Shown: positions 38,856 through 48,776 of the stretch, one piece after another | Layout: every line of letters starts with the position of its first letter | How positions within the stretch are numbered: the stretch's first letter is position 1 | Position numbers and translations under genes: made by a program | Assembly (NCBI GenBank): GCA_965603515.1 | Contig: CBFDDH010000006.1 | Location: 20,761 to 84,760 of the forward strand | Reading direction: 5' to 3' | Source: an uncultured bacterium | Lineage (GTDB): Bacteria; Hydrothermota; Tepidihabitantia; SM23-42 | DNA: 64,000 nucleotides | The notes under the pieces: model-generated | The model's database searches: none | What the model saw: the letters and a program-made list of their open reading frames with translations, nothing else | What the model was told of the DNA's origin: nothing

Positions 38856-39980
38856 TTGAACTTATGCATTGAGATAGTTAAGGACCAAAAGGACTGGAAA
38901 AGTTTTCTAGAATTGCCCTGGCGTATTTATAAGGGTAACGAGTACTGGGTACCGCCGCTTTTGGCTGACGTACGCGAAACTCTCGATACCAAACAAAACC
39001 CTTTTTGGAAACATGCCAAGAGAGAAATTTTCTTAGCGAGGAAAGGGGATAATCCTGTTGGCAGGATCGTCACTATAGTAGATGAAAACCATAATGAGTT
39101 CCATAATGAAAAAACAGGTTTCTTTGGTTTTTTTGAATGCGTGAACGATTTTGAAGTAGCGCAGGGCCTGTGGGATGAGGCAAAGAAGTGGTTGAAAACG
39201 AATGGAATGGGAATCATGCGTGGTCCAACGAGCCCGAGCATGAATGATGAAAACGCTTTTCTCCTTGAGGGATTTGATAAACCATCAACCGTAATGATGC
39301 CGTATACCGTCCCCTACTATTTAGACCTTGCCGAGCGCTATGGTTTCAAGAAGGCAAAAGACCTCTATGCGTTTATCAAATATGCCAAGGATGGAATCCC
39401 ACCACGAATTGAGAAAATGATAAATCGCATTAAAGCGAGAACAAATGTCAAGGTGAGACCTTTCAATATGAAGAAATTCGAACGCGATGTTCAATTCTTG
39501 AAGGACATTTACAATGATGCATGGGAAAATAATTGGGGCTTTGTCCCGATGACTAATGATGAGATGGATGTTATCGCGAAAAAATTGAAACAATTTGTTG
39601 AACCAGAACTGATATTATTTGCCGAAATGGATGGTCGACCAGTGGCAGTGACAGTTACTGTTCCTGATATAAACCAGGTACTGAAGAGATTGAATGGTCG
39701 CCTGGGACCTATTGGAATGTTGAAGTTTTTGTTTTATAAAAGGAAAATAACCGGCGTCAGGTCACTCATCGCTGGCGTCATGAAAGAGTACCGTGAAACC
39801 GGTATTATTGCCGTTCTCTATTATGAAACCGAAAAAGCCAATCTCCGGTTGGGGTACCAGTGGTGTGAACTCGGCTGGAACTTGGAGGATAACGACCTTA
39901 TTAACAGGTTTGATATGGCAGTCGGCGGCAAACTCTACAAAAAATACCGCATCTACGAAATGGAAATCAGAAGTAAATAG
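38856..39980 (+). CDS. GNAT-like N-acetyltransferase (YghO-like)
   Basis: F..LPW.IY....WVPPL, GRI, GFFGFFEC, W..NWGF.P, LEDN; SD AAGGAG + TTG. Confidence 0.85.
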   Translation: MNLCIEIVKDQKDWKSFLELPWRIYKGNEYWVPPLLADVRETLDTKQNPFWKHAKREIFLARKGDNPVGRIVTIVDENHNEFHNEKTGFFGFFECVNDFEVAQGLWDEAKKWLKTNGMGIMRGPTSPSMNDENAFLLEGFDKPSTVMMPYTVPYYLDLAERYGFKKAKDLYAFIKYAKDGIPPRIEKMINRIKARTNVKVRPFNMKKFERDVQFLKDIYNDAWENNWGFVPMTNDEMDVIAKKLKQFVEPELILFAEMDGRPVAVTVTVPDINQVLKRLNGRLGPIGMLKFLFYKRKITGVRSLIAGVMKEYRETGIIAVLYYETEKANLRLGYQWCELGWNLEDNDLINRFDMAVGGKLYKKYRIYEMEIRSK

Positions 39981-40020
39981 TCACAGAATTAGAGTAAAAT
40001 ACTATTTTGGAAGGAGAATT

Positions 40021-41031
40021 ATGAGTAATATACAAAGAGCGTACTTCTCGAATCGCTGCATTCGCTCAAGGGGGAATATTATTTCAGCTATGATCCTTGT
40101 GCTGTGCACTATGTCAGTCTCGCTGTTTGCTTTTGAGAAAAACCTTGGTGAAGGCGATTACATGGTGCACTCGGTCAAAGTCAATGAAGCAGTTACTATC
40201 GACAGAATCGTGGAAGACTTTGCAGACTATGATGTGATCATCTTTGGTGAGGAACATAATGATGCGGTTGCGCACTATCTTGAATTGTTGCTTTTCCAGA
40301 AACTGCATGATCGATATAAAGGTATGATCGCTTTATCCCTGGAGATGTTTGACCGTGATGTCCAGGTTATATTGGATGAGTATCTCAATGGTCAAATAAC
40401 TGAAAAGCATTTTAAAAAAGACGCCCGGGCATGGATCAATTATAAAGATTACCGACCATTGGTGGAGTTCGCAAAAACATCAAATATCGATGTCATTGCC
40501 GCGAATGCACCGATGCGTTATACTAATATCGCCAGGACAAGGGGACAAGATGCATTACTTGTGATATCTGAAACGGCAAAGTCATTTCTTGCTCCTCTGC
40601 CTTATGATACGGCAACTGGCGAATACCGCGAAAAACTACTGAAGGTCCAGGAAGTCTTAGAGCCTCTGCTCATAAAAAAAGATTCGCTCATGCCCGGTGA
40701 TAAGATGCAAAAGAAAATGCCGCCGGCTATGATGATTTTCAAGATCAATCAGGGACAATCCCTTTGGGATGCAACGATGGCATATTCTATTATTCAATAC
40801 CGTAAACAGAACAAAGACATAAAAATCATGCACGTAAACGGCAAATTTCACAGTGATGAGTATTTCGGCGTTGTAGAGCAGTTGAAAAGATATGACCCGG
40901 AAGTAAAAATTCTCGTGATATCATCATTTCCTGACGAGCAATTCCCAGATGTTAACTTCACCCAGTACACAAATCTGGCTGACTATATGATTATAACTGA
41001 TCCATCAATCACTAAGTCGTTTGAGCAATAG
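40021..41031 (+). CDS. ChaN family (EreA/TIKI-like) exported protein
   Basis: VIIFGE.H, LSLEMF, W.NY..YRPLVEFA, AAN.P, Q.LWDATMA, NG.FH. Confidence 0.85.
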   Translation: MSNIQRAYFSNRCIRSRGNIISAMILVLCTMSVSLFAFEKNLGEGDYMVHSVKVNEAVTIDRIVEDFADYDVIIFGEEHNDAVAHYLELLLFQKLHDRYKGMIALSLEMFDRDVQVILDEYLNGQITEKHFKKDARAWINYKDYRPLVEFAKTSNIDVIAANAPMRYTNIARTRGQDALLVISETAKSFLAPLPYDTATGEYREKLLKVQEVLEPLLIKKDSLMPGDKMQKKMPPAMMIFKINQGQSLWDATMAYSIIQYRKQNKDIKIMHVNGKFHSDEYFGVVEQLKRYDPEVKILVISSFPDEQFPDVNFTQYTNLADYMIITDPSITKSFEQ

Positions 41032-41129
41032 ACTTGGGTAGTGGAGATTTGGCTCGTTGATTCTGTGCCGAAAGATCTTAAAATTTAATGATTGAATTCC
41101 AGCGAATCCTGTAACTGAAAAAGGAGGTT

Positions 41130-42158
41130 TTGATGAAATATATGTTACGGCGAGTTAAATATATAATTATATTTTTCGTGCTTATTGTTCTATGTTTCGC
41201 ATCATTATCACATACCGGTTCTTTGTCTGACGCAGTAGAAACGGTCAGGCAAATGAGAGCACAAGGAAAAACAAGATCAGAAATTGCAAAATATGTAAAC
41301 CAGACAGTTGATAATCGCATTGTGTCTCTTAACCGTGACACGAATGACGAATGCGGACAGTTGTCCAGCCAGAAGTACAGTATGATCAAAGAGACATTTG
41401 ATGCGTGGAGCCATGAGGGCATTGATGTTGATGATCCTTATGCAGCAGCTCATTGGGCATGGCAAAACGAGGCAGGACATTGTCAGGAAAATGCACACAC
41501 TGCCTATCATATTTTGATGATGGCAACGGAATCAGGTGATGAGATCGGAGAGTTTGCCTGCGAAGACCATATCTATGTTGTCTGGGGTATACCCAAGGAT
41601 TTTTCAGGGGAAATAACTATCGATGTAATGAATAACTGGAAAGATGCTTATGTCATTGATCCGTGGCTTGGGGTATGCAAGCCGACGAGTGAAGTGGGGC
41701 GTTTAGACCTTACTTTGACTAAGGCAGGATTATATGATATTAACCGGGTTGCTACTTGGTCCTTTTCCAATTACAAGAGGAAATATGATATGTGGTTGAA
41801 AAACTGTGAGGATTTCAGCGGCAATTATGGCGCGACTTCGGATAAACTGATCGTGACTGATGTAAGCGGTCAGTCAAATATTCAGATCGGACAGACCATG
41901 AAAATGATGCCGGCCGGAATCTTTCAGGTAAAACAAAAGAAAAACGAGGTGACAGTTGTTTTTCGAGGGAGCGAGCTTGCCGGCACGGCGATTGGCAGGT
42001 TAGCAATTCTTAATGACGTTGTCAAAGGGAATACAATATATGCGAACCTCACTAAGGTAAAGATCAATGGTAAGGTAAAACTGAGGGTTGTTATGAAGAT
42101 CAAGAACCTCAATACCGGTGCTATTATCACACGCCAAGGGATACTGACCAAAGTATAA
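41130..42158 (+). CDS. Exported protein with putative papain/transglutaminase-like Cys-His-Asp domain
   Basis: Signal peptide; AGHCQENA, DHIYVV, YVIDPW motifs. Confidence 0.6.
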   Translation: MMKYMLRRVKYIIIFFVLIVLCFASLSHTGSLSDAVETVRQMRAQGKTRSEIAKYVNQTVDNRIVSLNRDTNDECGQLSSQKYSMIKETFDAWSHEGIDVDDPYAAAHWAWQNEAGHCQENAHTAYHILMMATESGDEIGEFACEDHIYVVWGIPKDFSGEITIDVMNNWKDAYVIDPWLGVCKPTSEVGRLDLTLTKAGLYDINRVATWSFSNYKRKYDMWLKNCEDFSGNYGATSDKLIVTDVSGQSNIQIGQTMKMMPAGIFQVKQKKNEVTVVFRGSELAGTAIGRLAILNDVVKGNTIYANLTKVKINGKVKLRVVMKIKNLNTGAIITRQGILTKV

Positions 42159-42197
42159 TTATTAGGTAATAACGGTTTTAATTTTCAAAACTGGATG

Positions 42198-42911
42198 CTA
42201 TATTACCATACCGATACGTATCAAACGTACCGCTTTCCACTTCCAGAATCTTAACAATTCAACAAGATTCTGAGCTGGCTCACCTATGTCCAGAGAGAAA
42301 AATACGAATAAAGGTTTACCGAGAAGATACTTTTCGTGTAGAGGTCCCCAGAAGCGCGAGTCAAAGGAATCGTCTCGATTATCACCCATGGCGAAAACAT
42401 GGTCTTTGGGAACTACTACCGGACCAAAATTATCACGACCGTTGATCCCCAAAATATCATGAAGTTCACCCTTTTGCCAGAGCTTTTGATATAGCTGCTG
42501 ATCGAGATCAATACGCTGGAATATATTGCGGTCACTGAAAACAACATAGGGTTCATCGATCTTTATGCCGTTCACGTAGAGTGTTTTATCGATGATCTCC
42601 ACAGTATCACCGGCAATAGCAATACATCTCTTAACTATATTTTTATTCTCTAAAGGAGACAAGAAGGTAATTATATGTCCGCGCGTAGGGGATGAACCGG
42701 GGATGATGGGTATTTGTTTGTTTGTGAATGGCACGGGTATTTTCACACCATAAATAAAACGATTGACAAGGAGTACATCACCAATGAGCAATGTACTTTC
42801 CATTGATGGTGTTGGTATGACCATTGCTTCAACAAAAGTTGCTCTCAGCACAAGGACGACGAGAATAACTATGATCCACGAATAAATCTCTTTCTTTAAT
42901 TTTTTGCTCAC
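42198..42911 (-). CDS. lepB: Signal peptidase I
   Basis: IPT.SME.TL..GD, VKRC, MGDNRD.S.DSRFWG; leaderless GTG start. Confidence 0.95.
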   Translation of the reverse strand: MSKKLKKEIYSWIIVILVVLVLRATFVEAMVIPTPSMESTLLIGDVLLVNRFIYGVKIPVPFTNKQIPIIPGSSPTRGHIITFLSPLENKNIVKRCIAIAGDTVEIIDKTLYVNGIKIDEPYVVFSDRNIFQRIDLDQQLYQKLWQKGELHDILGINGRDNFGPVVVPKDHVFAMGDNRDDSFDSRFWGPLHEKYLLGKPLFVFFSLDIGEPAQNLVELLRFWKWKAVRLIRIGMVI

Positions 42912-43051
42912 GATTAATTATAATTCAACTGAGCTGGAAGTCAATATCATGGTTGTGTGCCGCATTTCGGTTTCTTGACTTATGTCCTTTGCAGCATATA
43001 ATACTAATTGATTCTGAAATTGGTTCGATCAATATCTGCTAAGGAGGTATA

Positions 43052-43216
43052 ATGAACGAAAGCTTAAAGTGTCCATTTAAGGCCGCAGATCAAAGCAAGG
43101 AATGTGATCGGGATAAATGTGTACTGTGGCATGAAGGAGGTTGTACTTTTGTGCACCTCATTAGAGAGTTGGGGATTCTCAATGAAACGCTCAAAACCAT
43201 ACAGGCGAAGTATTGA
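43052..43216 (+). CDS. Small Cys4 protein (54 aa), absent from ORF track
   Basis: Promoter TTGACT(42975)-N16-TATAAT, SD AAGGAGGT, MNESLKCPFKAADQSKECDRDKCVLWHEGGCTFVHLIRELGILNETLKTIQAKY. Confidence 0.8.
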   Translation: MNESLKCPFKAADQSKECDRDKCVLWHEGGCTFVHLIRELGILNETLKTIQAKY

Positions 43217-43269
43217 TTGAAGAGTCATTAGTGCAGTTGACATAATTGAAAAATAATGTAGAATAATCG

Positions 43270-44466
43270 ATGACTATGTTGATTCGCAACGCTTCAGAGA
43301 TACTGACCATGAATGCAGGACTCGGTGTTCTGAAAAATGCCTCGGTGCTCATTGAAAACGGTAAGATAAAAAAAGTAGGTGAAATAAAGAGTGACAAAAG
43401 AACAAAAGTAATCAATGCGAAAGGTTGTGTGGTGTGTCCGGGTATGGTAGATTCTCATACCCATTTGGTCTACGGAGGTTCGCGCGAGGATGAGTTTGCC
43501 CTGCGTGTCTCCGGTGTCAAGTACGAAAAGATTACTAAAGCAGGTGGTGGTATTGCCAGTACAGTGCGTATGACGCACCAGGCAACAGAAGATATTTTGT
43601 ATAGATCAGCCATGAAAAGACTGAAGAACCTTGTTAAACACGGCACGACAACCGTAGAGATCAAAAGTGGCTACGGCTTGTCAGCTGTTGAGGAAATGAA
43701 AATCCTTAGAGTGATAAAGCGGCTGAAAAAAGATTCAGAACTCGATATTGTACCGACCTATCTGGTTCATAATATCCCTGATCAAATGAGACGCCGGGAT
43801 TATATAGACCTTGTCATTGAAGAGATCATCCCCAAAGTTGCCCGAGCAAAGCTGGCTGATTTTTGCGATGTATTTTGCGATAAACTTGCTTTTACCAGGC
43901 GCGAGAGCGAGAAGGTTCTGTTGAGTGCGAAAAAATACGGTTTTGGGCTCAAAATACATGCGGATCAGTTTGGTGACATTCACGGTGCATATCTGGCCGC
44001 GAAATTGAAATGTGTATCAGCTGATCACCTGGAGTATTCCACAGCGGGTGCGGTCAGAGCAATGAAAAAGGCGGGTGTTATTCCTACTTTATTGCCCGGC
44101 GTAACACTTTTTTTACAGTTCAAGAAGAAACCTGTTGTTAAAACCTATAGAAAAATGCGGTGTCCTCCCGCGCTCGCTTCAGATTATAACCCTGGTTCAT
44201 GCATGATTTATTCAATGCCCAAGATCATTGCGCTTGCATGTATTATCTATGGCATGCATGTTGAAGATGCTCTTTTAGGAGCTACCAAATATGGGGCTAA
44301 AGCTTTAGGTTTGTTTAACCGAATCGGTAGTATTGCAGTTGGTAAACAGGCTGATTTCGTCATATTTAACATTGATAACTACAAGAAAATTCCGTATTAT
44401 TTTGGTGAGGATGTTGTTAGATATACTATTAAAAAAGGAAGGATAATATATGGAAAAAATAGTTGA
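43270..44466 (+). CDS. hutI: Imidazolonepropionase
   Basis: PG.VDSHTHLV..G.R..EF, GGGI..TV, GTTT.EIKSGYGL, HADQ, S.DHLE, SD.NPG. Confidence 0.93.
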   Translation: MTMLIRNASEILTMNAGLGVLKNASVLIENGKIKKVGEIKSDKRTKVINAKGCVVCPGMVDSHTHLVYGGSREDEFALRVSGVKYEKITKAGGGIASTVRMTHQATEDILYRSAMKRLKNLVKHGTTTVEIKSGYGLSAVEEMKILRVIKRLKKDSELDIVPTYLVHNIPDQMRRRDYIDLVIEEIIPKVARAKLADFCDVFCDKLAFTRRESEKVLLSAKKYGFGLKIHADQFGDIHGAYLAAKLKCVSADHLEYSTAGAVRAMKKAGVIPTLLPGVTLFLQFKKKPVVKTYRKMRCPPALASDYNPGSCMIYSMPKIIALACIIYGMHVEDALLGATKYGAKALGLFNRIGSIAVGKQADFVIFNIDNYKKIPYYFGEDVVRYTIKKGRIIYGKNS

Positions 44467-45955
44467 ATGCATCCCCAATTTTAGCGAGGGGAGGGATCAG
44501 GCAAGACTCGATCAGATCTTAGCTGAAATTAAGAGTGCTGGTGTAGAATTGCTCGATCAAGAAAAAGACGCTGACCATAATCGTGCAGTTGTGACATTTG
44601 TAGGTGAACCCGAAGCAGTACTGGAGGCAGCATTTAGAGGTATTAAGAAGGCATCAGAGTTGATTGACCTGACCAAACATAAAGGCGAGCATCCGAGAAT
44701 GGGCGCTACTGATGTTGTTCCGTTTGTACCGATCAGCAATGTTACAACGCGGGAGTGTATTGAGATGGCAAAACAATTAGGCAAGCGGGTTGCTGAAGAG
44801 TTGAAAATACCAGTTTACCTTTACGAGGCTGCGGCAACCCGATCTGACCGGCAGAATCTTGCGGTGATAAGAAAAGGTGAATTTGAGGGGTTGAGAGATG
44901 AGATTGAAGCCAACCCTGAACGTCGACCAGATTTTGGCGAGCCAAAACTCCATCCGACTGCTGGCGCTACAGTGATTGGTGCCCGGTTTCCTCTTATTGC
45001 CTTTAACGTGAACCTCAATACGTCAGATGTTTCGATCGCCCAGAAAATTGCTAAGTCGATCAGGTTTGGCAGTGGCGGTTACCGATATACTAAATCACTT
45101 GGTTTCATGCTGAAAAAGGAGAATCGTGCTCAAATCTCCTGTAATATGACAAACTATACAAAAACACCGTTGCACCGAGTTTTCGAAACAGTTAAGCGCG
45201 AAGCTGAAAGGTACGGTATCAGCATAAAGGAATCAGAGATCGTTGGTTTGGTTCCTGAGAAGGCATTGATCGATGCAGCGATATATTACTTGCAACTGGA
45301 TCGTTTTAGTGAAGATCAGATCCTGGAGTATAAGCTTCACGGTAAAGGTTCAAAACAATCAATCATGGATTTTCTGCACGTTTTGGCTCTGGCGCGACCA
45401 ACACCAGGTGGAGGCAGTGTTGCTGCGCTTGAAGCTGCCCTCGGTACGGCGTTACTCTCAATGGTTACTGGTATCACTGTGAACAAGACAAAAGATAAAG
45501 AACTGCTGGATTCTCATGGATTTCTAAAACTGACTACATACGAATTCTATAAATTCATTGACAAAGACAAATCGGCTTTTGATAAAGTTTTAGTAGCGTT
45601 CAAGTTACCTGATGAGACGGATGAGGATAAGAAGGATAAACAGGCGACCGTGCAAAATGCCTACAAACATGCAGCTCAAGTACCATTCGAGGTCTGCAAG
45701 AAAATCCTTTTTGTCTACCCGTATGCTAAAATACTCGCTCAGAAGGGCTTGAAAAGCGCCATTTCTGATGTTGGCGTGGCACTTTACTCGCTCCACAGTG
45801 GGTTTATGGCTGCCCGGATCAATGTTTTGATAAACCTTGGTTCGATAACAGACTCGGACTTCAACGAATCCTTTAAAACAGAGCTTGATTCGTTAAGAAA
45901 ACAAGAGGAAAGTCTATACAAGGAGATTGAAAATATCTTCTTGACAAAGTTATGA
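44450..45955 (+). CDS. ftcd: Glutamate formimidoyltransferase fused to formiminotetrahydrofolate cyclodeaminase
   Basis: VEC.PNFSEGR, DHNR.V.T, H.GEHPRMGA.DV.PF; C-terminal PTPGGGSVAA, D..AF, SDVGV, NV.INL. Confidence 0.93.
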   Translation: MEKIVECIPNFSEGRDQARLDQILAEIKSAGVELLDQEKDADHNRAVVTFVGEPEAVLEAAFRGIKKASELIDLTKHKGEHPRMGATDVVPFVPISNVTTRECIEMAKQLGKRVAEELKIPVYLYEAAATRSDRQNLAVIRKGEFEGLRDEIEANPERRPDFGEPKLHPTAGATVIGARFPLIAFNVNLNTSDVSIAQKIAKSIRFGSGGYRYTKSLGFMLKKENRAQISCNMTNYTKTPLHRVFETVKREAERYGISIKESEIVGLVPEKALIDAAIYYLQLDRFSEDQILEYKLHGKGSKQSIMDFLHVLALARPTPGGGSVAALEAALGTALLSMVTGITVNKTKDKELLDSHGFLKLTTYEFYKFIDKDKSAFDKVLVAFKLPDETDEDKKDKQATVQNAYKHAAQVPFEVCKKILFVYPYAKILAQKGLKSAISDVGVALYSLHSGFMAARINVLINLGSITDSDFNESFKTELDSLRKQEESLYKEIENIFLTKL

Positions 45956-45973
45956 ATTAGGTTATAATTTTCA

Positions 45974-47941
45974 ATGGAAGTAGATTTTCTTAGCAAAAGC
46001 AGAGAATATATAGAAAAAGGGAGTTTTGAGAAAGCCCAGATAGCACTACGCCGTGTTTTGAGCAAAGATCCAAAGAATGCGAGAGCCGTGGAGCTCTCTG
46101 GAGATTTGGTTCTAAAATTAGGTAGAAATGGTGAGGCTATTCAGCGCTATGAAAGCGCCAGTGACTACTACAGCAATAAGAATCAATATGCTGAAGCGAT
46201 ACTATGCCTTGAGAAAATCATGAGACTCGACGAATCCAATGGCGAAATTGCCATACGTCTGGCTGATCTTTATAGATTTTATGGTTTATTTAATAGAGCA
46301 ATTAACACGATACTCAGTTTGTGCACATGGGCAATCAACAATAAGCAAGATGCTCAGTTTGTCTCTGGGTTGCGTAAAGTAGTCGAGCTGCAGCCAAAAA
46401 ATTTGGCTTTGCGGTTTTGTTTTGTCAAAGTTCTCTATGCGATCAGCCGACTACAAGATGCTGAGGATGAATTGAAAAAGCTCAAATCCCTTGCTGAAGA
46501 GGCAGGTGATGAAGAGATACTTGAAGAAGTTAGTAAATTACTACCACAAACTGACGGTGGTGAAGAACTCGATCCCAAAAGCCGTATTGAACTGGGTAAC
46601 CTGCTCTATGAGATTGGGTCAAAGGATGAAGCAATAGTCGAATTTGAAAAAGCAGTAAGTGATTTGATCAACACCAATGAAACCGAAGAGGCAATAAATG
46701 TACTGAACCGAATTGTTGAGATCGATCCGAACAATACGGAGGCGATAAACAAAATCAACGAATTAAAAGGTAGTGGTGTCCCCGCTGAATCTGAAACCGC
46801 TGGTGAAGAAACTGAGTCCGCGGCTGTTGTAGAAACACCTGAGGAGACGGTGGAACAAGTAGTGCCAGAATCTGAAGTCGAGGACCAAGTTCCAACTGAA
46901 AGTGACGAAGAAAAAACTGAAGGGGCATTTCCTCGATCTGAAATAGACGAAGAATCAAAGCCCAGTGTCGAAGATATTATCGATCAAACTGTCAGTGAAA
47001 CGAGTATAGAAAAAGATATTGATCAACCGGAAACTTCAGAACAGACACCGGATGATGATCAAGCAATGGAGATGTTTGAGGATTTGGGCAAAGAAATCGA
47101 AGGTTTTGTTGCTGCTACAGATACTCTCGCAGAAGGGCCTTCTGAAAAAGCTGAATCAGGGGGAGAAGAAACACATGGTGAAACTCAATTGGAAGGGCAG
47201 ATCGCGGATATAGAATTCTTACTGAATCAAGCTGAAGCTCCAACTGTGCCGAATTTTGAGCTTGCCCAGGAATTTGATGCTTTTAGAAATGCTATAGTGT
47301 GGAAAGAAGCTGATATTGACAAGAAGCTGAATCTGGCAAAGATGGCTTTTAATAGTGGTTTATATGCAACTGCCTTGAGTTATATTACTAACATCCAGGG
47401 ACAAAAAGAGACATGGCCGTTATCGCTTGAGATAAACGGCGGTTCGCTTATCAAGTTAGGTCGTTATGGTGAAGCCAGGAAAGTGATTGCTCCTGCTTTG
47501 TTGTATGAAGAGATTTCCGAGACTCAGAAAATGGAGTTACGCTATCTCCTTGCGACTGCCTATGAAGGATTAGGGGATTTTGACAATGCGTTGAGGGAGA
47601 CCGAAAGGATCATTAGCATTGACCCGCACTACAAAGATGTCAAGGAGATGTATGCACTTATGGGTGGTAAGAATATTGTATATGATGAACCAAAAAAAGA
47701 GCCTGAGAGATTGAAGCCTGCTCATGAAATGCCCATGTCAACACCAGCACCATTGCCCGAACCTTTTGTACAGCCAACCGAAATGGGACCAACGGAGATA
47801 ACCGAGGAACCAACCAAGGATACTTATCCAACGATAATTGAAAAAACACCTTCGACTTACTCAGAAAAACCATCAGAGAAGACAATCAAAAAAGAGCCTG
47901 ATGTTGAAGAAAGAAAAGGCGAAAATATCGCTTTTCTCTAA
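45974..47941 (+). CDS. Cytoplasmic TPR protein with acidic linker (SgmX-like paralogue 1)
   Basis: N- and C-terminal TPR arrays separated by a Glu-rich spacer; ends NIAFL; leaderless promoter 45941-45968. Confidence 0.8.
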   Translation: MEVDFLSKSREYIEKGSFEKAQIALRRVLSKDPKNARAVELSGDLVLKLGRNGEAIQRYESASDYYSNKNQYAEAILCLEKIMRLDESNGEIAIRLADLYRFYGLFNRAINTILSLCTWAINNKQDAQFVSGLRKVVELQPKNLALRFCFVKVLYAISRLQDAEDELKKLKSLAEEAGDEEILEEVSKLLPQTDGGEELDPKSRIELGNLLYEIGSKDEAIVEFEKAVSDLINTNETEEAINVLNRIVEIDPNNTEAINKINELKGSGVPAESETAGEETESAAVVETPEETVEQVVPESEVEDQVPTESDEEKTEGAFPRSEIDEESKPSVEDIIDQTVSETSIEKDIDQPETSEQTPDDDQAMEMFEDLGKEIEGFVAATDTLAEGPSEKAESGGEETHGETQLEGQIADIEFLLNQAEAPTVPNFELAQEFDAFRNAIVWKEADIDKKLNLAKMAFNSGLYATALSYITNIQGQKETWPLSLEINGGSLIKLGRYGEARKVIAPALLYEEISETQKMELRYLLATAYEGLGDFDNALRETERIISIDPHYKDVKEMYALMGGKNIVYDEPKKEPERLKPAHEMPMSTPAPLPEPFVQPTEMGPTEITEEPTKDTYPTIIEKTPSTYSEKPSEKTIKKEPDVEERKGENIAFL

Positions 47942-47954
47942 AATAGGAGGATAA

Positions 47955-48776
47955 GTGGGATATCAGGAATTTTACGGTTTCACAGCTGAACCATTTACTA
48001 ATCATCCTGATCCGAAGTTTTATTTCAATTCACCTCAACATGCCTTGGCGCGTGAATACCTGATTCATGCGGCACGAGGCACGCGAGGTTTGGCAGTTCT
48101 ATTGGGGGATATAGGAACGGGTAAGACAACCCTGGTGCGTAAGATCCTGAGTGAACTTTATGCACAAGGGGGTTATCAAGTTGGCTTGATAGTCCTGACC
48201 CATTCTGAGTTCGCACCGGGCTGGCTTTTCACCAAAATTGCAAACCTTATTGGCCTCAGAGATTTTGGCATTTCGACAACCGAAGTAATAAATCGAATAT
48301 CTCAAAGGCTCAATGAGATATATCATAGAAATGAGAAGACGGTCATTATTATCGATGAGGCAAATAAAATCACGAGTTCAGAGATACTGGAAGAGATTAG
48401 AGGGCTTCTGAATCTTGAAATTGCTGATACCAGATTGATTTCATTCATCCTTAGTGGGCTGCCTGATCTGGAGTCACACCTGACGTCCAATCGTGCTCTG
48501 TATCAGCGAATTGCCGTTAAAGTTAAGTTGAAGTCAATGGGTAGTGATACGATCAGAGCTTACATAAATCATCGGTTCGGTATTGCTGGTATAACTCATG
48601 AAGTTTTTACATCCAGAGCGGTTGATTTAATATGTCGTTATACAGATGGCAGGCCGAGACTTGTAAACATAACCTGTGATAATGCACTCTTGGAGGGTTT
48701 TGTACAGAAGAAAAAAAGCATTGACGACACCATTATAGAAAGAGTAGTTACAAATCTGGGACTGAAATTTGAGTAA
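47955..48776 (+). CDS. ExeA/GspA-family AAA+ ATPase (stand-alone), copy 1
   Basis: Y..FYG....PF...PD..F, GDIGTGKTT, IIDEA, L.G.P.L, L.QRI, G.PRL.N..CD.ALL. Confidence 0.9.
   Translation: MGYQEFYGFTAEPFTNHPDPKFYFNSPQHALAREYLIHAARGTRGLAVLLGDIGTGKTTLVRKILSELYAQGGYQVGLIVLTHSEFAPGWLFTKIANLIGLRDFGISTTEVINRISQRLNEIYHRNEKTVIIIDEANKITSSEILEEIRGLLNLEIADTRLISFILSGLPDLESHLTSNRALYQRIAVKVKLKSMGSDTIRAYINHRFGIAGITHEVFTSRAVDLICRYTDGRPRLVNITCDNALLEGFVQKKKSIDDTIIERVVTNLGLKFE

Noticed and set aside
39793-40020. N-terminal extension of the ChaN ORF
   Set aside because: Overlaps the GNAT gene; SD AAGGAG points to ATG 40021
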